Assembly: GCA_017499595.2 (NCBI GenBank)
Contig: CM039010.1
Location: 2,170,001 to 2,234,000 of the forward strand
DNA: 64,000 nt
Direction: 5' to 3'
From: Psilocybe cubensis
Lineage: Eukaryota
The position numbers and the translations under genes were made by a program. Positions 1 to 14,030 of this stretch are shown here, one piece after another; the first letter of the stretch is position 1, and each line of letters opens with the position of its first letter. The notes below the pieces were generated by a model. It saw nothing but the letters and a program-made list of their open reading frames with translations. It was not told the DNA's origin and ran no database searches.

Positions 1-1212
1 AGACGGGCGTGCGAAGCGCGGAGTGGCGGCTCTCGGTGATTCTGGCGTGGATCACCGTCGCGCACTTGTGCGTCCTTCCCCTCCTCCCTCCCTCTTACCC
101 TCCCTTACTTACTTACTTACTTTAACCCATATCAATCTTTGTGAAACAGCGTCTTCGTGGCTCTTACAACCGCGTACCTCCTAAGCACCACCACCTTCCC
201 CCCAGCCCCATCCCCTGCTCCCTTACCCCCTACCCCTCCCACACCCACACCCGCACCCACACCCACACCCACCCCTCACCTCCCCCCACAAATATCCGCC
301 TGGGCAACACTCCTCGGGCTCTCCTCCGCCTCGCTCGCAGCCATCCAATACGCCCCGCAGCTAGCGCACACGTACCGCACGAGGTTGGTGGGTGCGCTGA
401 GTGTCCCGATGATGTGTATTCAGACGCCTGGTGGTGTGTTGATGGTGTTGAGTATTGTGTGGAGGCCTGGGACGAATTGGACGAGTGAGTGTTTGATTTT
501 TTTGGGGGTTTTGGTTTTTGGTTTTGGTTGGGGTTGGGGTTGGGCTTTTGGTTGTGGTTGGTTGTTGAGTGCGGTGTCGCTATTTTCTATTTCTAACCAT
601 CACATACTGTTTTTCATTGGACTTTTTTCACCCACTTTTCACCCCCTTTCACCACATTTAACCTTGACTAAATTCGAATTTACAGGTTGGATAACGTTCG
701 CTGTCGCCGCGCTTTTACAAGGATGTCTACTTGCGATGTGTATAGCTTGGAAAATCCGCCAGCGAAGATTGGGAATTGACGATTTTGGGAATGCGCTCCT
801 TGACCCGGCGTCGTCTCCCCCCACCTCTACGCACAACGCGACGTACGGCGCTACAGACACAAACGCAAACGCAAACACATCTACGACCACAAGAGCCGGA
901 AACGTAGAAAACGTGTCAGTAGAAGAGGTGGAGGATATCGTACCAGTCCCGGGTCTAGTGACGACACCATCGGAAGACCCGCGCGCTGTACGCGCTGTGT
1001 TGGCTGCTGCGCTCGAGTCGGCGGCGGAGAGTCGGTTGGTGGATGTGGGGGATGAGCGGACGCCGTTGTTGGGTGGGGGTGGGTCTGGTGTTGTGGGTGC
1101 GGGTGCGGGTGCGAGCGGGAGTGGGGGTGGGGTTGGGGGTGGGACGGGGGCGGGGAGCAAGCAGGTGAGCGAGGAGGTGAAAGGGTGGCAGGCGTGGTTT
1201 CGCCGTAGATGA
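1..1212 (+). CDS. PQ-loop repeat membrane protein, 3' part (5' end outside window)
   Basis: Exons <1-67, 150-484 and 686-1212 join in frame through GT-AG introns. PQ motif LAAIQYAPQLAHTYR...GALSVPMMCIQTPGG, hydrophobic helices, and a C-terminal acidic dileucine-like DERTPLL. Confidence 0.85.
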
Positions 1213-3193
1213 TAGATGATGGGTGAGATTTTGGGTGACTTTTAATGTTTTTTTTTGCGGAGGGTCGGTGGAGTGGAAGGTGGAGGTTGAGGTTGGGTGG
1301 ATGTTTTCTCAAGACTCAGTTTCGTTCGTTTCTGTGTTCGTGTTCGTTTTCTTCTTTTTTGTTCATGTTCGTGGTCGTTTCGCATGTGGATCAGGTTTTT
1401 TTTTGTATTGTATTATATTACACTACTCACTCATCATCATCATCGTCGTCGTCATTGTCTTCACATTGTCATTAAACGTTATGGTAGATTGGTTGGTTGA
1501 TTTATTTATTCTTTAATACACTGTTTTTTTTTTGCGGTAGCGATAGCGATACAATTGTACTCATTTCTCAGTGCAATTCAACATTATCTTCAACTCCACT
1601 GTGGCGCTGCTATAGATTAGTTTTATTCAAGTTATGCTTCATGTAAAAGCTGTAAATATCAGTTCTCGATATACAGTTCGGCATAATAAGTAAATGCAGT
1701 CTGAACCTGAAAGTCTCCCTCCATCTGGGATGATCCCGCACAATCCACATCCAGGCACTCGCGAACTTTTCACAAAACCTCCAGGTTCTCCAGTCTCCAG
1801 TCTCCAGAGACTTGGTAGCGACTTGATTCCGGCTTGGACGTAGGAAATTAGGAACACGTCCTTTTCTCGGCGAACGAGCGTCTATTTCCATACAGCGGCG
1901 AGGGTGAGCGCTCGCCGCTCGGAGGTGTTTTACGTTAACAACAGGTTATGTTATATTACGACATTCAAAATTTCAATAGGGCATGTACCCCCTTTAGGTT
2001 TGGTTTTTTTTTCGAAATTAGAAAATTTCGAATTGCTGGTGCTGACGAGATGGTTGGTTCTTATCGGCTGGACATGTATGTACAGCGCGATGATGGCGAG
2101 ATAACGGGGCGGGGCGGAGGACTTGCGATATGGGGATTTTGGAAACTCGAGATGGTTTAGTCACGACTCACGAAGGCTAGAAAGGCTAGAGCGACTACAT
2201 CTTGGCGTTTCGTATGTCCGGTGTTTAAAGCGTGATGGTGAACAGTCTCCGGTAACCATCGTACATCATACCTTGTTGTGTTGGATCCACCTGCGAATTA
2301 CTTGACACTGAACACTAGTTAGTAGTATGAAGGTTATTTCGATAGACAATCATGCGATTTCTCGGCGCAGTGGTTGAATAACTTCTTCTTATCTCTCAAT
2401 GGTCAACATGGGTCAATTAACCAATTCCACCTGATCAAATTGTAATCAAAGGGCGATCGGGGCTGTTATATTTCTTGAAGCGGAGTTGTGCGGAGTCGTT
2501 GTTGGGGGAGAAGAGAAAGGCGGACGGCATTATCGGCAGGCTCGGCAGGTGTGACGTTGTTGTTGTAGATGATGATGATCACGATCACGATCACACAATT
2601 TTTCGAAAAGGTATTATTGTGCCATTTGTGGACACTTGAAAGGAAAACAACAACCCCCTCGATCACTGTCAGTGAACGGTGATCATCTCGCCGTCTCTTA
2701 GACCTTCACACTGGCTTCGCTTCGACGACCTTTGACCCATTCGTTGTTGCTTGGTCCTATGTATACCGCGAAATGCCACGGGTCGTCATCTTTGTCGCTC
2801 AACTTGATGAGTTTAGAGATGCCTTTGCCAGAGAGCACGAGCGTTTGATGCTGCTCAGTTAAAGGAAGTGCCGAATGGAATCACTTTTCTAGCCCAACAG
2901 GGCCTTATTCTGCCCTAAACGACGGCGAAAGCGGATACAGGGTTCAATCTGGTTCAATCAATCACCCCCTGTACCTGGAATTGTTAATTACAAGCGCTGA
3001 AATTCTTCCAAGACGCTGATGAAATAAGTTTGGACCTGACGGCCATTTTTCACCCTCTTTGCTTTTAGTGAAATCGAACAAAAGGCCCCTCTTCTGCTTC
3101 TTGCTCTCTCTTCCTCGCCCACTCCCTCTTTCACTCTTTTTTTTTGCTAGACGCTCTGCAATCCGCAAAGCAAAAGAAAGGACGTAGACAAAG

Positions 3194-4466
3194 ATGTTGG
3201 TGATTGAGCATATCGCGAAGCTTTTCCTCCTCCTCGTGGCGCTCTTTGCGGTGCATGCGTCTGCTGCGCCGCGAGCCAATGTGTCTCCTGCATTGGATAA
3301 CCGCAACCTAGTGACGAACGCCGCACGGCTGCGCGCAGGATTGGGCCCTTTGAAGCCTAGGTCGCTTTACTCCCCCTCCCGTGTCGGTGGTGAGTTCTTT
3401 ATGAGTTTTTTTTCGTCAGTAAATGGATATCTAATAAGCTATCTTGAATACATAGCCCGTTCGCCCACAAAATCAGTCGTACCGTGAGTAACTCTTTGTG
3501 GTGGACTGTCAAATATTTTCAAAGAAGACTTATTGAATGTGTACAGGGTTGGAGGAACTATCAAAGTAGTCAGAAAATCGAACAGAGCCGAAGTCGGATA
3601 CGTTTCCAAGAACGCCGGTTCAACTGGGTATGTTTCACCTTTTGCGTCGATTCGTTGCGTTCGACTGAATTCATTGGCTTGCTTTCAGCTTTGGAATCAA
3701 CACGTCGCCCTCCGATAAATTGAGTGTTACGTTCACACCGAGTTCGTCGCCTTTCAACATCGCGATTGTAAGTTTCTTCTGTATTATATTAGAGTGAAAT
3801 GAAGCTGACGGGTTTATCAGACCGGAAACAACTATCCTTATCTCGGTTTCGCCGGTGGCAACCTGTGCGTCTCGGGCATCCTCTACCATCGCAGGTTTTT
3901 TGAGTAAATGCTGACGTCATATTTGCAGTGGATATCTTGACTCTTTCAACATGGTTGCAACCAATCCAAGTAAGCCACCGTCGTGTGATGAATATGTAAA
4001 CGTGTTGATCAGCGTAACTTTTGTTTAGCCAATCCTGGATCAACGTCTCAAAATGTTGGGAACTCTGCCTCTGGACAATCCCAATCTGCCATCTGGTCGT
4101 ATAACTCGCAAACAAAGGCTTTGACTGGTGGGTATTTCTTTTTTGCCCTTTTACAATTTCTGTCGTGACATGTATTAATTGATTTCGCTTTTTTTTAGCA
4201 CAATGGGTCAACCTTCTCGGAAGTAAGTGATAAAACTATGCCTTATTTGTTGTGCTTCTGTCTGATTCTGCCTTTCCATCTTTGCAGTTCGACCGGATAC
4301 ATACTTCTGGTATTACCCATCCACCAAAAAGATCGAAATCATTCGTTCTCCGATTCTGCAGTCGAGCGGATACGAAGTCGTACGTCATTCCATCCATCCA
4401 TCAATCCATCCATGACACAATGCTAACCGAACTATAACGATATCATAGCTCCTGTACGTCGCATAA
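3194..4466 (+). CDS. Secreted protein of unknown function, 10 exons, ~233 aa
   Basis: Exons 3194-3389, 3456-3483, 3547-3627, 3689-3767, 3821-3864, 3929-3969, 4029-4127, 4199-4222, 4288-4379 and 4449-4466 all splice in frame to TAA. Signal peptide (LFLLLVALFAVHASA), TNAARLRAGLGPLKPR motif, SAIWSY...LTAQWVN motif. Confidence 0.85.
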
Positions 4467-5894
4467 ACTCGCGGCATCTGCATCTGCATCTGCATCGCCG
4501 AACATCCAATCGCATTCGGACAATTGTGGACAAGACAGGACTCTTTTTTTTTTTTTGTGTTTGATCTTTTTTTTGATCGCTTTTAGATTTCTTCGTTTGT
4601 GATGAACGGAACGGACAGACTACGCCCCCCCATGTTTATGAATCCCGCTCTTTGTACTCTTTTGCTGTATTTCTGAAGGCGTCCTGTTGGTGTATGGGCG
4701 GGCGCTTTTCTATGGTGATGCATCACCACTCTTTAGTGTATGTTTTCTAATTTGTATGTCAGTGTTGGAATGATTCTGTTGTTAGATTGTGGTTGTTGGT
4801 AGTAGCAATTGATGTTGACTTTTTTAATTCCTTAAATAAGTTGGCTGGCTTAGTCTTGAAAATGGGGTATTGCAGTGTATATATATCGCGACAGAACGCG
4901 ACCTCTCCGGTGAGGACAAGGGTGGATATTTAATCAGAGAAAGCATCGTAGCGACATCCAAAATCATTAAGGTTGACAGCTATATATCTACTCCATCATG
5001 TATCCTGTCTCATGGAGCATAACATTAAGGGAGTGCGGGGCCTTTGACAATTATAATGCTGGCCCGTCTTCTTTGACGCGATCTGACCAGAGCTACGTAG
5101 AACCCAAGTGCTCATTGATGTGCCCCCGTTACGAGAGCGTGGCGTACCTGGAAGATCATAGACCGTTTCATAGACTGATTTCTCCATGGGAACTTTGCTT
5201 GTCCGTGACAGCAGTTACTGTGGCGCCTGTGCTGATCGGGCGCCCTCGTTTGCGTTGCTTGGGTCGACGGATGTCCTATTTGATTTGGCGTCCGTGGTAT
5301 CCACCAGTATCCACCCTACATTTACTGTAATGCAGAAATTTTATCAGACCTGGTATTTAGGCAAACACTAAAAATTTAGCAGCGACCATCGGATACTCGA
5401 AGTGATTATGAGCTTTGAGGAAATAGCGTCGGTGAGTGATGAGCTCAGGTAGGCTCAGGTCCAAGAGTGCTTCATATATATAACTTATAAGCAATCCATG
5501 TTTTCCTTCAGTCCACATTGCAAGTGTTGTACGGTCCGATACTCTCTGCCTCATACTCAGACGGTGGCTTTGTCGAGAGAAATTTCACACTCGCTCAAAT
5601 ATTGGAACTTGAAGACAGGTACAGACCTGAATCGAAGCGCCATTCTTCCAAACGGGGGATTCGTTGACCTAACGCAGTGTAAAACTAGTTGACACATGAC
5701 GACATGTCGAAGCTCAATGGTCATTGATATATGTATATTCATGTTACTTTCATACCGTCTACAAGATTGTGGTATATCCGTACTTCTATATATTGTTGAT
5801 GGAAACTGGACTTTCTGCGTCGCAATGAACATCAGGTTTGACACAACATGTGGTTCCACAGCAAAAATCAAAAGAACGATGCTGGCTCGGCTTT

Positions 5895-8051
5895 CTATTC
5901 CACCTCCAAAGACTCCTGTAGCGCCTCCTGGTCCTCTTCAAACATAGCTTGGCTGATGTACATGCGATGCTCAGCCCAGTCAAAGTCTATTATGAAGAAC
6001 TCACCGTCCTGATTAATTGTTATATTTCGAGGTGTAAGATCACGATGAATGATGCTGGCTCTGTGGACTCCGCATAAAATTTCTACCAGCTCGTTGCTGT
6101 AGAGAAGGTCAAATAAATTGAAATAACATGCGGGAAAAATCGAGGTTACATACCGTTCTTTGTCCGATACCAGGGCTGGCTCTCCGTCCCCGTTCGTTTT
6201 TGCACCTTCTCGGTTATAGCGATCTGCAAGCGAATTTCCAGCATCGTCCATTAGCATGAGCATAGCTCCAGTTTCCGTGTCGTGAAACAGGCCATGTGTG
6301 CCAATTATGCCGCGGGTGACACCGCGGCTCGCGAGCTGTTTGTACACCTCGTACTCGTTGATGATTTTCTCTTTTATATCACCTGTCGCTAGCTTTATTA
6401 CCATGCCGCGCTGATACTTGGTGCCGGAGGATGTTTCGACTTCCACGATAGTTTTGTATGCGACGCCCATGGAACCTTCTCCTATTGAGGTTTGGTTGAT
6501 TGTTGCTGAGATGTAGCTGTCTGGGGAATAGGATGGTTTGTGTTTGAAGTTGTAGGAGTTTGAGTTGAACAATCGTGAGACGCAAGATGGCTCCATGCGC
6601 CGAAAGGCAGAAGGTGCGGGGGATTGATGAACGCCGAAGTCGGCGAAAAGGAACACCATATCTCGTCTTGCAAGCTCGTCATTGAAGAACTGAGATACAT
6701 TATGTGAACGTTAGATTGTGCAGTGAGGGTAGGGACGAACCTTTTTGTCCATTTCAGTAGAGGTCAGTTGATGCACAGGGTTGCTTATACGTTGCTGTGG
6801 TCTGGTCGCGTTGTTCTTGATAGCATTGTACAAGTTGCGTTGTATCAGGTTCTCTGTGCGTCTCGAAGAGTGTCTGTTCAATAATTCTTCTTCATTAATC
6901 ATAGAAAGACGATCTCTTATCGCAGCTAAAACAAGGCCGAGGTGAATTTGACCAAAGCCAAGAGAAGACCAGCGCATAGTGTCAATCACATCTGACAAGA
7001 AGAGCGTCTGACTACCACGATGTCGAATACCAATCCTTTGAAGAGTACCGCAACTAAACAGAATAAATGTGGCGTCTGTCACTACCGCCGTATACCAAGC
7101 CTGAGAAATGTGTAAGTGTTAACCATTCTTTAGTCGTCGATCGCAGTTGATGTGTCAGCTTACCTTTTGTATGTAATGATTGGGGTTTATTCTATAGTCC
7201 AAATCCCGATCCTTGTTATGCCGCGATGGAGCAACTAGACTAGACCTTTTTACGCTAAACAAAGGCAAGCTGGGGCCCGCTCCCTGGGATGTTCTGTTGG
7301 TTGGCACACCTTTCAGAGATGGAAACAAAGACTTGAGAAAAGGAGAATCAAGAGGTGGCTGGTGCGATGATTCCATCGCAATTACACCAGTAGTCGTCGG
7401 AGCTTCCCATTTGAACGACGTCGAGGAGACCATGCTTCGTAATAACCGCTCCCCGTCCTTATTCTTCGCAAAAAATTCGAAGTTGAAAAGGGATGGAACG
7501 GTACTAAGCCTATCAATCGTAGAAAGTGCCCATTCATCTAATGTCTGTAGAATCTCTGTCTTCCGTGCGACGACTGTTGTGGTGCCGCACAGATTGAAGG
7601 AGTGTTCTGAATTAGGAGAACATTCTATGTTTGATTGCACAAATGAGAACCAAGTAGGGTCTTTCGGATTGAACATTAGCTTTGACGCGTATGCATTGCA
7701 TCGCGCGGCCATATGGCCGACATGGTGCGCAGCAACATCTTCAGAATTTGCCCCTGATACAGTAGCACCGTATTTCGTTTTTTTGTAACCAGACGTTTCG
7801 TCGAAGGAGTGCCCGTGTTCAGTGAACTGAATAATTGCATCTTCACATAGCCTAGCAAGCTGCTGTGGTATCCACGCAGCGTGTTCGACTCTTTTCAGCT
7901 GGTGACCTACAGCGAGATGCCGATTGAAGAAGAGAACTGGATTGCGCGGCCTTGAGCAAGTGAACCTCCCAGTTCCTAGAGGGTCCAATTCAAAATGTTC
8001 ATGCAAAAATCTGTGCAGAGCAGGCGCAGGCAGATGAGAGTCAGGTATCAT
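5895..8051 (-). CDS. Atypical fungal protein kinase with long N-terminal region
   Basis: Exons 8051-7164, 7100-6741, 6689-6154, 6096-5895. Gly-loop IGEGSMGVAY, VIK lysine, catalytic HRDLTPRN, IIDFD (DFG equivalent). The C-lobe is very short. Confidence 0.8.
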
Positions 8052-8475
8052 AGTCCAAAGTTATGAAAGGTCCAAAGCCGTAGAAAAGGCATGAAGCAGT
8101 ATAAAAACCAGCGACAGTGTGTGGCCCATGTGTGCCCCAATAGTGGCACGTGGTGGAAACATAAACAAAAACATAGTGCCTCCAGTCTCTGCGAGAATAA
8201 GAAACGGGATTCCTGAAGGCCTGAGGCCCTGTACACAGAAGGAGTCATAGTTGAGAAGAAGGGGACAGGAGGCTTTCTTTGATTATTTGGAGGTCATAAC
8301 AAAGCCAAACAACGCCCCTAGCGAAATTTCAACAAACCGGCGTGACTCGCCAAGCCGACCTGCTTTTTTCTTTCCTCGTCGTCCAGCACAGCGCCCACCT
8401 AGTGCCCATACGCCCTCTCCAACTACAACGACGACGACAAGGACGTCCGACCCTCAAAAGCCGCTGCACATAGCG

Positions 8476-9922
8476 ATGCCCTCTGTTGACCTCGACACTG
8501 CCACCACCAACGCACACGACCCCTCACATCAAGCCCGCCGTTCCTCCCGTTCCACCCGCTCCCCGTCTTTGACCAGAGCAGCCGCAGCATCCAGAGCTGC
8601 ACCCACATCTCCCACTGCCACTAAACGATCGCCTTCTCCTGTCATCAATTTTAATACTCCCCTTTCCACGGAGAATCCGACAGGCGTGAAGAGCATAACC
8701 CGCAAGGTCATCAGACGACTGGAAGGGCTTGGACACTTGGAAATGGTGGGAATGGATGTGCCAGTCACAGAGGAGGAGGAGGAAACCTTGACTCCCAGTG
8801 AGGAGCAAGAAATTGAGACCGTTCTATACGCTATCGGCAAAGAGACCGTCAAGAAAGCGGAGGCATTGGGCGAAACACAGAATGGCCACAGCAACGGAAA
8901 TGGACACATCAAGAAGGAAAAGAAGGAGAAACCTGATCTCGAGATACCTCGAAAGGTGTTGCATAGCTCAATAGGTCAGTTCACACCCTTTTGCTTCATT
9001 TTCTTTGCTTATCATAAACCTCTCCTAAGGCTTCTTCACACTCTACCTGTATGTGTCCGAGGGAGATGTGCGGACTATTGTTATGGTGCTATGGATGGCT
9101 TTGGCTATCATCGTCCCTGCCGACCTTCTTCGTTTCAATTCACGGCGCTTTGCTCGAACATACGAAAAGGTCCTCGGATTCCTTATGAGAGAGTCGGAAA
9201 AGGTACGTAGTTCATCGGCCTGCATTTCAACCTCCCGTTGACCCATGTGACACAAGAACTCTATCAACGGCGTCGTCTATTACATCCTTGGAGTGAACTT
9301 TGTCTTGTCCCTATACCCGCAGGATGTCGCTACTGTAGCCATCTTGATGTTCGTCTTTCTCTCCTTTCTCCACCAATGTATTCTAAAGCCTTCACAGATT
9401 GTCATGGGCTGATACAGCTGCGTCCACCTTCGGCCGCCTATACGGTTCTTACATGCGTAAACTCCCCGCAAGGCTTCCTATCCTTCGCCTTCCGTTGGCT
9501 CCCCGCAAATCCTTGGTAGGATTCTTAGCAGCAGCAGCCACAGGCTCTGCCATTGCTCTCGGATTCTGGGGCAGCATTGCGCCCATGCGTGCAGGCGGCC
9601 AAGACTTAACGTGGTCATGGGATGAAGGTGTGAGGCAGGTGGCTCAGGGCACCGAACCAAAGGCGTTGGGCGGCGGTGGCGCCTTGGGATTATTAGCCAT
9701 TTCCATCGTGGCCGGCATTGTCAGTGGTATCTCTGAGGCTCTTGGTGAGTTTATATCATCATTCCTTTTGTCAAGGCGCGCGTTGCTCATTTATTTTTTT
9801 ATGACATATTATTAGACCTAGGGGCACTGGACGATAATCTAACATTACCCATAATTTCGGGCGGCTGCATTCTCGGGTTCCTCAAGCTACTCGGAATTGC
9901 CGCGTCCTGGTTCTCCTCGTGA
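8476..9922 (+). CDS. DGK1: CTP-dependent diacylglycerol kinase (cytidylyltransferase family)
   Basis: EIPRKVLHSSIG, LMRESEK...NGV, LSWADTAASTFGR, RKSLVGF and LDDNLTLP motifs across spliced exons. ATG 8476, TGA 9920-9922. Confidence 0.88.
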
Positions 9923-12318
9923 TTCCGCCGATCTTGCTTTTCAGTTTTTCTCACTATGTATCCTTCGACATGAATGTTACCCGGACCCGAACGCTACCTA
10001 TCCTCCATTTAGTACCCTTGCTATGCATATGGCAAATGACATTTCTGCTCATCCAGATTCCAGACAACCCGACAAATTGCTATTTATACCTTGCACGACT
10101 TCCGCGGAATTTAGACCATCTTCTTGTGTTATTTTCTCTTCTTTGCGTCCTACCGTATCTTAATGACCGCCCTATCCCGGCAACTTACCATTGCGCTCGT
10201 CGTCCACCTGAATCGGTTATCACACATATCATGAGGTTTTCTCTGGACATATCAACATCTTGCGCCATTACGACTAACGACCACTATCCATTCCCACAAA
10301 CCATAACCAAGTACATGTATCTCCACCTTGTCGCCCTTCCAATGTTATAATCATCCTCTCTTCTTGCTCAATGTGACTGGCATCTTCACCCTCCCGGCTT
10401 CATTTCATCCTCTCGTCCATTGCGCAGTGTCCACGTCAATGACAAACCAAAGTACAACTCCCTTTTTCGAGCGCCGCGAATCCCACTCAGATCCCATGTG
10501 CATTGTATAATCATTTCAAGAGATCCGGCAGAATCGAAAAATGGGCTTTTCCTTAGTGCTTAGCTTCTTGATATTGTTCATCGACTTTCTATCTTATGGA
10601 TTCTTCATGCTCGCCTTTTTACATTTTGTTTCAATAGTCTATTTTTTTCCCCTTCTCTTTTATCTATCTACATATTACACATTACTTTTCTTGTTTCACG
10701 ACTGTTGCAATCTTACATTTTGGAAAACTTTTCTGAGCTTTCTCTTTAGGTGAAGTGGAAATCTGGTCGCGCGACCTCTAGGTATGTTCTTGCCTCACAC
10801 TTCTCTGAAGACTGTTTCAGGCTCGTATTCGCACCTATTGTCGCAGGCGGAGATACAAGGCGATACCACAGATGGTGCGTGTTATTTTTGTGCGCACATA
10901 CTGTCGCTCACCGACATCTTCGCAGTTCGCACTACGGTAACTGGCGAACTACGTACATGCGTACTTGACATGAAAACTTGACAATCAGAACTTTGAAAAT
11001 CCGCGGCGACACCTAGCGCTCCTTGACACTTCCGATCCGAAAAGTGGAGAGAAGGTCGAAACGTACTCAGGGGTGAGGCGAGTAAAAATAAAGAAAGGGC
11101 ATGCGACGGTGACGGTTCGGTTGAAGCCGCACTGATTTCTCAGGCGTCATTCCTCGCTGGGTTGGGATTGATGCAAATGGGGAATGCATAGATGTGGGTC
11201 CTCTCGAACCGAATGTACTCGGACTCAAGCGATCGTTCCGACACTCATTACCACAGATTATAACTCTGTGTCGTGGGAATGTCAGGCGCCTTCCTTTTTT
11301 CTGGTCATGTTCTTCAACGTAGCGAACATTTTGATGCCTATCTTACCTAGAAGCACTTTGCGACAAACCAGGACATCAGCCGACGAGTGACGGCAGAGGG
11401 AAATATTAGAGGCGGTTTAACCTAGTTTCTGTGCGTTTCTACCGCATTCCAGATTCCAGAGTGTTTTTACCTTGACTTACAGCTTCCTCTTTGCGTAGCA
11501 CCGTCACCAGGAATGTTTCGGCAATGATACTTGAACAGTTTCTTTGGACTACGATTGATGTGTTTCCCAGTCCTCGAAATTAGCGATAAGGGTATATCTA
11601 GTTAGTACAATCATCTGTTCGCCCTTTTCTCATCGTTGCAGCATACTCGGGGGGACTGAAGGAGGTATTGGCTGGTATTGGTACCTCTTTCCGATGGACG
11701 TCACCCCGAAGGCCGATGCCTGCCTCCACCCCATCTTCTCAAGCTCTTCAAGCTCAACGGAGCGTAGAAAACTCAATATTACTAGCCCTGATGGGCGGAT
11801 ACAACTCTGACGGTTTCCAAGTTATAGGTCCTTCATGAGTATCTTTTTTCTGTGAAGCTTGCTCACTGAATATGATGCGTGCAGAAAATATCAGATAGAA
11901 GCCTTCTTTGTCAATTAAACTCGCGATTGACCCTGCCTATGACACACTTTGACCCAAACGTGTGCATTTAGTCCTATATTCCATCTGATTGGAAGCAACT
12001 TCAGCGGCTATTTTCTCTGTTTAGACTTTTACAGAGGTACCGATCCAGAAAAACTTTTCGGAGGTGCCCCAGATAACCCGAAATGGACCACCCATGAGCC
12101 TGATGACCACGGCGTTCTCCAACGTCAAATAATCATTTATTGCTTCCATACCGAAGCCCCTATTCTCCGTTGACTTTTTCATGAACAGTCGTCTGCTGCG
12201 CTCTCACTCGAAATCTCTATACATCTTTCTCCCGTGATCACCCTTGCTTTCTTTCCCGAAATCTTGGAACATTTGCGCCTCTACGCCTCGTCACCGAACG
12301 CGTGAGTATAAATCGAAG

Positions 12319-14030
12319 ATGATCAGGAACAAATCTTCTTCCAGCAACCACAAGTCGAGCAATATGCAAGTGTCTACTCAAAGTGCCAAAAATACTGCAA
12401 ATACTGCCAATAAGTACGTAGTTTACGACTGATCATATACCTTAGCTAGCTTCATCCGAGACTGAAAACCTTGCTTTCTCTTTTGACAGCGAAAATATGC
12501 AAGGACTGAATGACGAATATAAACAACTCAGCTCCGGCGCCAAGGTCAGAGGGTTGCGCGAGATCATCTCTCGGGAGGAGAAGAAAGTGGGAAGCATCCA
12601 AGTAGTGGAAACGTTAGTGTAAGTCTCTCTGGTGTATTGTCATGGCTAACGCACTGATTCTCGGTTGACTACTAGCGGGTCGAAGCAGCTTACCCGCAAT
12701 GGACGCGCGTTCATCCGTCTCTTGTACTCTACATCCCGTTTCACCAACAGGGAAATTGCAGAGGCTGTCAGTTCTAACCCCTCCGCGGTTAAACGTGTGG
12801 TAGAGAACCGGTATGGGAAGAATGCAGACGATCTCTCCAGAGATGAGGACATATATGCTACATATATAACTCACACCATGAACCTCCAAAAATTCGTGAG
12901 TATATCTTCCTCTTGATACGCAGTACTTGGTCAACTTCGGGTGTTTCTCTTTCTGAAGGCGAATGAGCTTCCACCACTCTCTATGAAGAAGTCTACAAGC
13001 GGCGTAAGCACGATTATTCCGACCGTAGGTTTTCCTCCATTTCTCTCATTCCATACAAAAGCTCATGGATGCTTTCTCTTGCAGCTTCCACCGAGCAAAC
13101 AGGAACAGGAATTTCTCCGTGACAGGAACGAAGTCGAAGAAGAGAAAAATCGAGGGAAAGGCGCTAAGCAAAAAACGGTGACTCTTTCTCTTTCATTCTT
13201 TAACTTGAAAACTCACTTTGCGACTATTCTCCCACCCCAGGAGAATATCAAGACTACAAACGCCATTGAAGCGCGCGGGGTCGACGACCGGATTGACGAA
13301 GAGTCAACCTCTGACGCGAGCTCCGATGAATCGAATATTTTCAAGACTAAGACGGTGGCTCACTTCTCTGACAAGGGTGCAGAATCCGATGCGTATAACA
13401 ATTTTTTGGAGGAAGAACAATTTTCAAAGGTGAGTAACCACGCGATACCTACCTCCAAGTCCTAGGTTTGATTCACTGGCCTGATGTATGGCTTCATTTT
13501 ATAGGACCCTGGAATGCGTCCAAAGACTACTTCCTTCAAGGAAAAACGTGCCAGGTTTTCGATTGACCAACCTGAGGTGTGTTGCTCCATGAAATTACAT
13601 TGCAGAGCACCTTCTAAAGTTCTGGACTTTGATTAAGGCTCGTAGCGTTGCTGGAAAGCTTCCCCCCTCTCCAGTGTCTACCAACGAGACTCCCTCCAAG
13701 CCGCAGAAGCGTAAGTGCGAGGAGATGGAAAGTCTCCCTCTCAATGCACCTTCAAGCTCAAAGATTGCCAAACGCTGTGATACCGACGATGATCGCAGAC
13801 GCATCACAGGTTTCTTCAAATCTCGTGGCTACTATCTGAGCGCGGTGATCGATGGTCTCGTTGAAGCTGGATTTGGGCCAACGGAATTGGAACTCTTGCG
13901 CGGGAAGCCAAGGGAGGTAGTTGCCAAACAGCTTGTAAAATGGGGAGATTTGCGTAGAATCAAGGCCGACGCCTTGGCTCAAGCAATCGAATCGGCCACG
14001 GCGGAAGATTGGAGAAAGTTGGTCGCTTGA
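12319..14030 (+). CDS. Orphan-family copy A: basic N-terminus, HTH-like segment, acidic linker, C-terminal SAM-like helical domain
   Basis: About 8 exons splice in frame (e.g. 12319-12413, 12490-12612, 12676-12895, last 13638-14030). Clear paralogue of 14653-16360 with matching intron positions. Confidence 0.8.

Noticed and set aside
1860-2160. TE-like non-coding DNA with 9-bp hairpin (2011-2032); similar-looking tract at 24760-25070
   Set aside because: No terminal repeats or TSD could be defined.
4594-4682. C/D-box-like GTGATGA...CTGA with weak terminal stem
   Set aside because: No rRNA/snRNA-complementary guide recognised; lies in a probable 3' UTR.
7213-7788. 191-aa ORF antisense to the kinase gene
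   Set aside because: Fully overlaps a better-supported exon and has no motifs.
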